From the IMG/VR virus record IMGVR_UViG_3300020047_004354, positions 1 through 53,007 of that record: a stretch of DNA of 53,007 nt. One strand, given 5' to 3'. Origin of the DNA: a virus. Of this stretch, positions 39,717 to 51,100 are shown one piece after another. Within the stretch, counting starts at the first letter, position 1, and each line of letters opens with the position of its first letter. A program made the position numbers and the translations under genes. The notes below the pieces were generated by a model. That model saw only the letters and a program-made list of their open reading frames with translations. It had not been told where the DNA came from and ran no database searches.

Positions 39717-42700
39717 TAGAAATTACAAATTAAAGTTAATTCACCAGACTCAATGAGTCTTGCTGTTTGTATTTTTTCTTCAATACTAAAATAATCGTGA
39801 TCTGGAAAGTATTGGTTCCAGTTATTTACCACTTCTTGCTCTAAAGTGCTTAATTCAACATTATTATTCTTTTGAATCTCATTTAGATTGTTAACAATGT
39901 TACCTTCAAAGTCAGTAAATTCTACTCCTGTTAAATCAAACATTGAAACATCCTCTTCCATAGATTCTGGATTAGAAGGATTTACTATAATACTGTTTTT
40001 AGAACTTCTTGTAATAGCAGTATAAATACTTTGAGATTTAGCCTGATTACTTGTAGCACCAACACTCATAATATCACCTTCATCAATAATAGTTGTTTCA
40101 TAAGTAGAACCTTGAGACTTATGGCTAGTAATTGCATAAGCATAATCAATATCGGCAAAGTAATTTCTAGCACCCCAAGCAGACGATAACAATTGATTAT
40201 AACCGGGCTTACCTTTCATCATTTTTGCTTCTGCAAATAATGTTTCTACCATCTTACCAAATCTTTGTTTTTCAGACTTTTGTAATACAGGATATTCAAG
40301 TAAATCACCATTATCTCTTGGAGAGACTATATTATAACCTTTAAAAGTCTGTCCACCAACATTAAACTCATTAGGAGTAATATCTATAACAGCAAACTCT
40401 TCAGCATTCTCAATAGTCTTACCACCATTTTCATAGTTATTATTGAATATAATTATTTCACCAAGTTCAAATTCAGCAGGATCAGTAAATAATAATTTTC
40501 TAACAGTTTCATTTAAAGCAATTCTTTTATCATTCTTATAAGTAACAATTTTAATTAAATTACTATTACCTGTTTCTTTTGCTTCTATAAAATTACTTTT
40601 ATAATCTTTAACAACATCAAAGATATTCTTTTCAAATATTAAATTAGTTCCTCCGCCAGATTGATTAAATCTATCTTCAAGTGGAGCAGGATTTCTAACA
40701 GGATTATTTGATTGACTATTGTTCCAATATAAATCTGCAAATGGTAATATAGGAGATTCTTCACCCTGTCTTACTCTTTCTGTTAATTTATATTTATTCT
40801 TACTATTAAATGTAGGACTAGGTTTTTCACTAGGTACTTCTCTAATAGGTGGTAATTGACCAATGTCTCCTAAGAATATAATTTTAGCACCTTTAGACTT
40901 TAATTCAAATATTGTTCTCAACATATCCTCATTAATCATACTTGCTTCATCAACAAATACTACATCAGCATATTGAATAGGTTTTTGAGCAAAAGAATCT
41001 GGTTCAAATTTACCATTTTCAAGATTCATTTTAACACCTAATAATCCAGCAATAGAATATGAACTTGCTTTTAAATCTGCTTGTCTTAGTTTATCAGATA
41101 ATACTTTCTTAGCTTTATGGCTTAATGCAGATACAATAATAGATTTACCTTTTAATTGTCGAATTACTTCTTGAACTAAAGTTGTTTTTCCGTGTACCTG
41201 CTTTACCCTCTAATACAAACCATTCTTTAGAATTACCATTCTCAATAAAGTCTAACATTAATCTAATAGCCTCTGACTGTTGTTCATTCTTAGGAACAAA
41301 TCCAGTAGTAATCATTTCTTGATTATTAGAAGGAATAGAAATTCTTGAGTCGGTTTTAAACCAAACACCAATTACAGTATTATTACTAGTATATTCAGAA
41401 TATTGATAATTTGCTGACTTTAACTTCTCATATAATTTTTTCTCTCCTTCATTATAAGTAGATTGATTAGTATAAGCAATGTTATCTGTTAATAGTACTG
41501 CTCCCGATTCTATGGCCAATAATGCTTCAGCAATGGTTTTGTTCTGTTCTCTTTCCCTAATTTTTAAATCTCCTCTTTTACCCGGAACAGAAACAAATAC
41601 CACATCATTATCATCATAAGTACCCACATTAGAATATTCACCTGCCTGTTTTCTGTATAATTCTGTTGAACTATTAGGTAGACCCTCTCCAAACCCAATA
41701 TATTTTGTGGACAGTTTTGCTTTAATAATTGCTTTTTTATCAGCAGATTGTATTGGTTGTACTGTAAAAATATTTTTTTCTTTTAAACTTAAAATAGGAA
41801 CATTAGTACCCGTAAGAATACTAGGTTCAGTATAAGGAGTTTCATTAGGAAAGAATTGATCTGAAGTTACTTCAGGAACATTAATCTTAACCTTGTTAAT
41901 ATAAGATAGGTTATATCTTTTCTGATAAGCATTACCTAATAACTTATAAGCATTATTATCTGAATCAGTATATGCTGTATACCATACTAAACCATCTTTA
42001 ATATTCTTATATTTAAGTGGATGCCCTGATTTATGAGACTTCTTAAGAAATCTAGGATTATTTAAATCAAATAGTAATTTAAAATCCCTGATTAATTCCT
42101 GCATTAGTTCTACATTATGAATCTTTTCATTCATTTGTTTAAGACCTTCTTGAATCATATCCTGATATACATACATATACTCTGGACTAGATTCTCTATT
42201 AGATTCTAAACCAACAGGTAAGATTTTAGAATAGTTAAATGGACTTAAACTAAGACCTGTTTGAAACATTAAGAACTTTACCAAATCTTTGTATAATTCT
42301 AAATCTTCATTAGCAATTTCTTCAACACTAATACTTAATGCTTGTTCATCTAATGCTTGTAATTCTTTCTCAAATAATCTTAACCCAGAAATTAATTCAC
42401 CAGTATTTACATCCTTAGTAAAATTAATCATTGGTAAGAATGCTTGCATAATAAGATTGTTAGGTAACTTATTTTTAAGATCTAACATTCTATTAGGTAA
42501 TGAATCTTTACCTTTCATTAATCTATCAAAATCATTATCAAGAACAAAATTATGAATCAAGAATAATTGAAAATCATTCTCAATTGCTTGTCTAATTTTA
42601 TCTTTATTTAAACCCTTTTCAAATTCAGCATAATTGTTTTTAAGATTAGTTAATGCTGAACCAATAATAGATCCTTCAATAGCATAGAACTTACTAAAGA

Positions 42701-44325
42701 TTGAATATGATCTTCTACCATATCTATAGAATGGGCCAATAACACCATCATTTAAACTACTAAAAATAGTATCTTCTGGAATTAATGATTCAATATCTTT
42801 GCTTGGTAATATACCACTTAATCTTACATCAACTTCATCCAATGCTTGTTTATCTTTTAAACCTTTAGTATCTGAATTTTGAGTACTATTAAATGCTCCA
42901 TATGCTCTAGCCTGATCTATTAATTGTAAGAAATAAGAAAGTACAAAGAATTGATTTGGAGTAAATTTGTAATCATTATTCTCAAATACCCACTCATCTC
43001 GTAATGATGGTAAGAAACTACCTTCATAACCATTGTCTTTAATAACCTTTTCAATCAGTTCATCCTTACTTAATTCATTACCAGCTTCTTTATTAAATAA
43101 AGATTCGTTTGCTTTTTGAGCATTTAAATACTTTTTAATAATAGGTTGATTAATAAATTGAATAATTCTTTTTTCATCTACACCTCTTTCAATTAAATAT
43201 GAAACAACAGATATTGTCTGCATATTAATGTTCTGAAGTTCTGCTACTGGATTCTTTACATTATCCACAGAAATTGAAAGTAATTGACTTAATACTTCAC
43301 TAATTTGTCCACCATTAGAAGTAATAGAATTATCAACTCTATAGTTTCTTTCTAATCCTGCAAATCTTAATTTAGTATAAACTGGTGCTTTTCTCAAACC
43401 ATAATAAGGATTAATCTCACCAAACTTATCTGCCTGTTTAACAGCATTACCAGTAATAGTTAATGCTCCCGGCCCTACCATCTTTTTTCCCTTTACAAAT
43501 ATAATAGACTTTGCTACATTTACTTGTGGTAATACAGCATTAATCATTTCAGGAGAAGTAGTTTCTATTTGACCTGCTTTCTTTAATTCTTCAAAAGTAC
43601 CTTTAACAAATATTTCATCAGTAACAGGTAATAAAAGATTATGTGCATTTCTAGGATGTAATAATATTTGTTTCTCTAAATCTAATAATTGATTATCTAA
43701 TGTCTGTTTAGTTTGTCCGAATATTCTATTAGTAATATCTCCCCAATAAATATTAGTCTTATCAATGTCAAAGTCACCACCAGATTTAATTACATGCTCG
43801 GTAGGAACAATAACATAATTTTGCATTGTGGGAAGATTGAACTTCTTAATCTGAAACCAATCATTAGAACTTAACTGTTGATTAGGAATCCTTAAACCTT
43901 TAACTTGAAAATCATCTGGTCTTACACTAATTTCTTTATTAAGTAAATCAATTGCTTCAATAAGATTATTAGTCTTAGCCCATTTCATTAAAGGCTTAAT
44001 CCAATCCATAGGTAATGGAATAATAATTTCAGCAGGATTTACTTTACTAACACCATTCTCATCAAATTCAAATGTATAGAATTTAACGGCATCATCATTA
44101 CTTACATCGGATACTCTAGAACCATAAGGTTCATAACCAGTACTTGCTGCTTGTGGATAAGAACTACCTGCTCTATCAAAAGAAATAATGTTGTTAGTGA
44201 TTAAAGAATATAAAACATTCTCAATCTTATTTTTAAGAGGAACAGTTTCTAATCCTAATTCTGGATTAGCAAAGAAATTAATAATACTATTCTTTACATT
44301 ATCTGCTGAATTCTTTACTTGAGTA
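39716..44325 (-). CDS. RNA polymerase-like region plus C-terminal SF1 helicase, +1 shift at sense CGG (C = + position 41192) inside Walker A
   Basis: VIKSGGDFDIDKTNIYWG (DPBB-like catalytic motif at 43761-43775); FVLEGKAGT-[C]-GKTTLVQEVIRQLKG; VFVDEASM; LGDIGQLPPI; ITSHKSQGST; YTAITRS. Confidence 0.8.
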
Positions 44326-44327
44326 GA

Positions 44328-47300
44328 TCAGAATATTACATCTCTTAACTGATCTAAAGATTCAAACTCACCATCTACATATCCAATTTCTTCAAATAAA
44401 TCATCTCTATTGTTAGATACTGATTCTTTTACTACTTGCTTATATAATTCTACTAACTGTTCAGCACCGGGAAATCTTTCTACACCATTAATAATAAGAT
44501 TAGATAATAATATTTTAAGGGACTGTGTAGAACCTTTAATTTCTTTTTTAGTTTTATTACCAATTCTTACTTGATCTTTTAGATATTTCCAATCAGATAA
44601 ATATGATACAATATCTAAATTCTCTGTAATTGCTTCATGATTAAATATTCCTTCTTTAGTATAAAAATCTAATCCTCTTTCTGCAATATCATTAATATAC
44701 TTTCTATCAGCATATAAATCTTTATATTTATTAGCAGCCATTTTAGCATCAACACCACCAACCTTATTGGCAGAACCCATATGTATAATATCTAAACCAT
44801 TAGTAAGCATAGATACATTCATTAATTGTAAGTTAGTACCTATAATTGCTGATGGTAATAATACATGCTGTGATGTTTTATATACTGAATTAAAAGCATA
44901 ATCAACATCTGCTTGTAGATTTTCAGGAACAGAATAACCAGCAAATTGAGTTTTTAAAGTATGTATTGGTTCTAACTTAATAGTCTTTCTACCAAGAGTT
45001 CTTTCTTTAAAATTAGAATTGGATAAATCAAATGGTTTAAAAGTTTGTCCTTTAAAAGTAATTGTAATATCCTTAGCATCATTTAAGTTACTATACTTTG
45101 CTAACTCCATTTCAATTCTATAAACTAATTCAAACCCATCAGTCCAATCACCTAACCTCATTTGATACTGCTTAAATGCTGGTAAACTCATATAAGATTG
45201 ACCATCATTCTCATTGGCTGTAGAATATTTCTTTTCATACAATCTAATCTTATCTTCAATCTGTTTATCAGTATTTGCTTCTCTAAATTGAGTATCCTTT
45301 AAGAAATTATCTTCATAGATCATGAATATAACAGACTCCTGATTACCTGTTAATTTAGAAATCAATGGTTGTCCATTACTTATAGCAGGTTTCATTAACT
45401 TAGATTTATAATCATCTCTTTCCAATAATGTAATTGATCTAAACTTTCCCATGTCTCCATGAAAAGTATTCTTAGCATTAATTACTTCTGTCTTACCAGT
45501 TAAAGGATTATAAATTTCATGGTCAACATCTAACTCTTGTTTAATTCTATCATGAGTTAAATCATCAGTTACCATCATTTGACCAGTAGAACTTTGTGGT
45601 GCTAATCTTTTAAATAAATCATCAGCATTCTTAAATGCTCTAAGATCACCACTAAATAACATTGACTCATAAATATGAGAGGATGTTTCATTAACAAAAG
45701 CAGATGCTAATGCCAATCTTACATTACCATATTTAGTTATGATCTCTTTATTTAAACCTGGAGTTTTAGATAAATCATCAGATACTAAACCTAACTCTTT
45801 AATCTTATCAACATATTCATTAAACTTATTCTTTACAATAGTTCCTATCTTAGCAATATCAGTAGCAGAAGGATTTTCAGGATTACTTACCATTCCAGCA
45901 AATCCAGATTTTAAATCTTTAGTACCTAAGTATTGAACAGCAACGTTATTGTCTTGCATGAACTTAGTTACTTTAACTTCATTCTCAATAACTCTAAGAA
46001 TATCATTTGTAAGTTTATCAAGTAAATCTTCTTCTGAACTAGCATCTGCTAACCCATATAAAGGATTATTACCAAAAGTGTATGCAAAGAAAGTACTTCT
46101 ATCAGAATGTTTCATTGACATAGTTAAACCTTGTAATGCTCCTGTAATATGTAAAGACATTAAATCAGGTTCAGTAAGTTCATCAACAGTTCTTTCATCT
46201 GTACTATTCTCCATACTAGAAGCAATAACTACTTTAAGTTTTTCACCAGCAAGTATTCTCTCTAACCATTTGTTATTAATAACATAGTTATTATTAATTT
46301 TAGATAAGTTAAATTCTGATACAGCAAATGGAGCATACTTCTTAAGTAATTCAATCTTTTCATTTATTCCCATATCAGGAGTAAATTTAGATTGAGCGTA
46401 AGCAATACCATTTAATAGAATCGTCTGTTGAGTATTAAGACCTAAAGTATATAACTTCTTATCTGCAACTCTAGCCATTAAATCTACTTGCTCTTCATAC
46501 TCTGCTTGCTTAGATGCTAATTGTTTAACATATGGTTCAATATCTAAAGAATCAAAAGGATTGGCAGGATCAATGGCATATTTCTTTTTATTCATAGGTA
46601 CTGCCATAGCCCATACTAAACTTAAATCTTTAACTCTTTGGTCTACTTGAATACCAAGATGATCTAACATCCTAACTTCATTCTTAGTACCAATAAGTCT
46701 TTGCATTTCTTCAGACCAGTTCTTAGTTCCAAATAATTGCTGACTATTCTTAATAAGATTGTTTTTCCAATCTCTAACTATCTTTTCTGTTCTAGTATTA
46801 GCATTAGCACTAAATAGATATGCTTCTCCTTTATCTAATTTATAAATATAGAACTCATTAATAGTTTTAGACATTTCAGAAATAAACTTATTTCCAAATT
46901 GAAAGTTCTTATCTAAAATATTAATAAGATCATTCTTATAATTTAAATCTAAGGCTCTTAATTCATTTCTAAATTCTTCAGTAGGAATGCCAGCCATTCT
47001 AGTAGCAACAGTATTAAATGCTTTAGTCCAACTGACAGGTTTCTTAAACTTATAATTAGTAGTCTCACCATCAGTTAATGATGCTAAGATTAATTTAAGT
47101 TTAATAGACATAGAAGATTTAGGATCAGTTTCAAATGATACACTAAATTCTCTAGATGCTTTACTTTCCTCATCCATAGAATCTTCAAAACCATCTTCTG
47201 ATACTTCGGGATCTAATGTTTGTTGCTGAACTAAAGATTCTTCTTGATTAACTGTAATTCCAATCATGTCAAGCATTCTAAGAACACCTTTCCATATATC

Positions 47301-48146
47301 GGAATTTTCCCCAGACTCTAAATCTTCAAGTACAGCAATAGTTTGATCTACATTAACTTCCCCCATATCATCAACCAACTGATCTTTAGTTGCTTGAATC
47401 ATTAATTCAAGATTATCAGATTTAGATGTTAGAAAGTCAGTAATATCAATACCTTGATTTAAAACATTAGATAACAATCTTTGTAAGAAAGATCCAATTA
47501 CCTCTTGTTTCTGCTCAACAGTAAATGTAGTACCACTAATTAATACTTGATCTGCTGAATCATAAGGATTATATCTTGGAGTATATGTAAATTCTTTACT
47601 AAGTATTCTATCATATAAAACAGTATTATCTTTAATACCAACAATAGCCTTAAGAAACTTAATTAACTTTTGAAAGAAAGTTAAATCATTAGATTTAAAA
47701 GATTCAGGATTAAGAACATAATCACTAAATTCATCTGCTAAAAACTCTTCAATTTGAGATTCTTCTGATTGATAATCGTTAGCATATTTAGCAATAAGAG
47801 ATTTATAATTAGGTCGTCTCTTAACCTCTTTATACATTTCAATCCTTTGTTCAGGAGATAAGTACATCCTAAATACTCTATGAAATGCTTCATGATAAGT
47901 AGTAGCCTCTGTTGCCAAACTAGATAATAAGAAACTACCATCTTTTTGAAATCTACCTAATGACTTATTATCAATAAGACCTAATACAACCTCAACTTCA
48001 TTATCATCAATATTAAGATATTCTTTTAACCATTTAATAGAATCATCTTGATTTCTATTAGGTAGTTCTTGTTGGATCTTTCTAAGAATACCTTCAGTAC
48101 TGTACTTTTTATTTTTGTACGAATAACTGCAATTTACAATAGCCAT
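44328..48146 (-). CDS. Giant late protein with N-terminal zincin-like HEAFH motif, in the same frame as the downstream RNAP region across a single TGA
   Basis: 1272-codon ORF; ATTYHEAFHRVFR at 47880-47894; 3' neighbour continues in the same frame. Confidence 0.8.
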   Translation of the reverse strand: MAIVNCSYSYKNKKYSTEGILRKIQQELPNRNQDDSIKWLKEYLNIDDNEVEVVLGLIDNKSLGRFQKDGSFLLSSLATEATTYHEAFHRVFRMYLSPEQRIEMYKEVKRRPNYKSLIAKYANDYQSEESQIEEFLADEFSDYVLNPESFKSNDLTFFQKLIKFLKAIVGIKDNTVLYDRILSKEFTYTPRYNPYDSADQVLISGTTFTVEQKQEVIGSFLQRLLSNVLNQGIDITDFLTSKSDNLELMIQATKDQLVDDMGEVNVDQTIAVLEDLESGENSDIWKGVLRMLDMIGITVNQEESLVQQQTLDPEVSEDGFEDSMDEESKASREFSVSFETDPKSSMSIKLKLILASLTDGETTNYKFKKPVSWTKAFNTVATRMAGIPTEEFRNELRALDLNYKNDLINILDKNFQFGNKFISEMSKTINEFYIYKLDKGEAYLFSANANTRTEKIVRDWKNNLIKNSQQLFGTKNWSEEMQRLIGTKNEVRMLDHLGIQVDQRVKDLSLVWAMAVPMNKKKYAIDPANPFDSLDIEPYVKQLASKQAEYEEQVDLMARVADKKLYTLGLNTQQTILLNGIAYAQSKFTPDMGINEKIELLKKYAPFAVSEFNLSKINNNYVINNKWLERILAGEKLKVVIASSMENSTDERTVDELTEPDLMSLHITGALQGLTMSMKHSDRSTFFAYTFGNNPLYGLADASSEEDLLDKLTNDILRVIENEVKVTKFMQDNNVAVQYLGTKDLKSGFAGMVSNPENPSATDIAKIGTIVKNKFNEYVDKIKELGLVSDDLSKTPGLNKEIITKYGNVRLALASAFVNETSSHIYESMLFSGDLRAFKNADDLFKRLAPQSSTGQMMVTDDLTHDRIKQELDVDHEIYNPLTGKTEVINAKNTFHGDMGKFRSITLLERDDYKSKLMKPAISNGQPLISKLTGNQESVIFMIYEDNFLKDTQFREANTDKQIEDKIRLYEKKYSTANENDGQSYMSLPAFKQYQMRLGDWTDGFELVYRIEMELAKYSNLNDAKDITITFKGQTFKPFDLSNSNFKERTLGRKTIKLEPIHTLKTQFAGYSVPENLQADVDYAFNSVYKTSQHVLLPSAIIGTNLQLMNVSMLTNGLDIIHMGSANKVGGVDAKMAANKYKDLYADRKYINDIAERGLDFYTKEGIFNHEAITENLDIVSYLSDWKYLKDQVRIGNKTKKEIKGSTQSLKILLSNLIINGVERFPGAEQLVELYKQVVKESVSNNRDDLFEEIGYVDGEFESLDQLRDVIF

Positions 48147-51100
48147 TATTTACAGTATTTAGTTATTTCTCCAGACTGGAGTTTTTGATTTAGTATATCA
48201 GTTGGAGAAAAGATTTTATCAACATCTCCCAAGTTAGGCATTTCAGTTCTTTTTCTATTCTTTAATTTTTCTAATCTTGGATCAACTTTAGGTTGTTCAG
48301 TTACTTTTAAAGTATTAAAATCTTCAACAATTTTTTCATATTTTAATTTCATCTTAACAGCCATATCATAAGATACTAGAAACTGTTTTTCAATAACTGC
48401 AGGACTTGCATTTTTTAATAAATCAATAGTTCGTTTAAAATCTCTATCAGTAGAATCTTTACTCCTAAAAGTCTTAGTTAAGATTTCTTCCAATGTTTCT
48501 GTTTTTACACTCAACTTTTCCACATTAGATTCTTCAACAATTTGAATAGTAGGTTGTTTAGCAAATTGTAAGTTTCTAGATAATCTCTTAGGATAACCTT
48601 CAACAATTACAGAATCAGTAAGAACTTTATTATCTTGACTTAAAAATGCTTTATACTTTCCTTTATTCTCAAAACCAATAGTGTAACTAGCATTAGTATT
48701 TCTTTTAAGATTAGGATATTGAAAGTCTGAATCTGCTCTTAATAAGTTCTCATTTATATTAAATTTCTTATTGCTTAGAAAAACCATTAATTTTTCAATA
48801 GGAGGATTATAAAAATCATTATCAAGAAAAGTATTTTTAATAATTCTAATAGGAACAGTTTGTAAATTACCATCCCAATCTACAAACTCTACATTATTAC
48901 CACTAAGATATATAGAACCTTTAGATGTTCCATAACCAAAGTTAATTAAAGATTTAATTAATCCATATTCAGTATTAGAACCAAACACAGGAGTATTTTC
49001 AAATACTTTATCTACAAATCCACCAGAATCATTCTTTTGTTTAATAACTGATCTAACAGGTAAATTAACAGATTCTTGTGGGGCATTTAAATCTTTTAAA
49101 GATAATAAATAAAGAACGGTCTTTACTTCATTAGAACTTAGGTTAGATTGTTTCAATCTATATGCTTGGTCATTACTTACTAAGACAGAATCACCAATTC
49201 CAAAGTTATAATACTTATTACCAACTTTAACTCCTTGTGGAGTATATTGTTGAACAATATCACCATTAACTAATTTTTGATTCTTAATACTAAATCCAGG
49301 AACATTTCCTAATATTGGATTCCACACAATTGATCTATCTTGATTTCTTTTAACCAATCTTTTACCATTAGTAATATTCATAGGTTGTAAGAATGTATTA
49401 GGTTGTTGTAATGAATTATACCATTGAATGTAATCATCTTTAGCCCATCTAGCGGCAATATACCATAATCTATCAGATGAAGAATTTTCTTTACCAATAA
49501 TAGAAATTAATTTATTATATTCTGTAGGGCTAAAATTAGATAGATCATCATAAATAATTTCTTGTTGTGATATACCAATTGATTCTAAGTATGAATTATA
49601 AACTGTCATAGGAGCAAGTCTAGCAGATAATGACTGTTGACTTAACTCTTTATATAAAGTATCTGGTCGCCAAAGACTTGTAAATACTGGATTAGAATCT
49701 ATAGTAACAGGAGAATCGTCTTTATATAAGAATATAAATAAATCAGTATCTTGTACTTGGTTACCTCCATTCTCTAATATTACTCTTAACTGTTCTTGAT
49801 TAGCATTAGTCTTATTAACTACCTTTACATTATAATCGTTGATATTAGTTATCTTATCTAATGTATCGAACCAATTTCTTTGATGAACAGAATCATTTAA
49901 TTTAGGTAAACCTTCTGAAGTTAATGTATCGTATATTCTACCTTTAACATTATCATAACTAACGTGCATACCAGTTGAAGGGTATAGTCCAGTACCTAAG
50001 TCATTCTGTAAGAATGCCTCATGTAACTTTTCATCTATTGGTTCTTCAGGTAATGTTTCTTCAATAACAGGAACAGCAGATTCTTGCTTCTCAACTTCTC
50101 TTTTAACATCTTCTGGTTTAACAATAGTTGCTTGAGTTAATTCATCTTCTGTAAGAGGTCTTACATTACCATTATCAAAAACATATCTACTACCATCATC
50201 ATCTAACATCGTCTCAAGTAATCTACCATCTTTAGTTTTAATAACTACTGGTTGATCTTGGTTAGATTCTGCCTGTTGAAGTTTTGCTTCAGCAGTTTGA
50301 ATATTTTCTATCTTTTGTTCAGCAACTTGAGCATCCTTTAATTGATCTTTAGTAACTTCTTCAAGTACTTCATTAACAGTATCTTCTTGCTTAGAATAAA
50401 GATCATATAAATCCTTTACTCCTTTCTTAGTAAATAGTGATTCATAATAATCTGCTGCTTCTTGTTTAACCTTATTAGCATTATCTATTTCAGCATTAGC
50501 AATTTTATTATTAGTTTTTTGAATACCAGTAAGATTATCACCAACAGTTATTTTAGTTGTAGATTCTGCAATTTGTTTATCAGCAGCAGTAACATTAGTA
50601 AGAGCTTGTAACTTCTGTTTAAAGTAATGATTTTTAAAATCTTTATATCTATCAGGATTCTCTTTATCTTGATAATATCTTTCTGGATAATGAGTATCTT
50701 CTACCTTTGTATAATTATCAAATACAGGATTAGCAGAATCTAAGAATCTTTTCTTAAATTCATTAATTTCAATATTAGTAGCATCTCTACCAGTAAGATT
50801 CTTAAATCTATTTGACCATTCAGGAACAACTTGATTATCTACATGCTGCTGAAATACTTGTTTACCACCAACCTGTCCTAAGAATGGTTGAGCATAGTTA
50901 GTTGCTAAATATTGACCAACAATATCTTGAGTAAGTTTATCACCTGTCTCAACAGCAGAATCATATAAGAAATGTAAGTTGGCAAGGCTTTGTTGTTCTT
51001 GTGGAAGTTTTACTAACTTCTCTTGATCTAACTTTCCATCAGTTAATAAATCATCATAACTCTTAAAGTTATTAATCCAGTTCTCTGACAATAAATTAGA

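Noticed and set aside
44328-48146. Genome-wide TGA-to-Trp (code 4) or TAG-to-Gln (code 15) reassignment
   Set aside because: Late ORFs of 1,272-1,457 codons are open under the standard code with only one suspicious TGA, and the + ORFs terminate normally with TAA/TAG/TGA.
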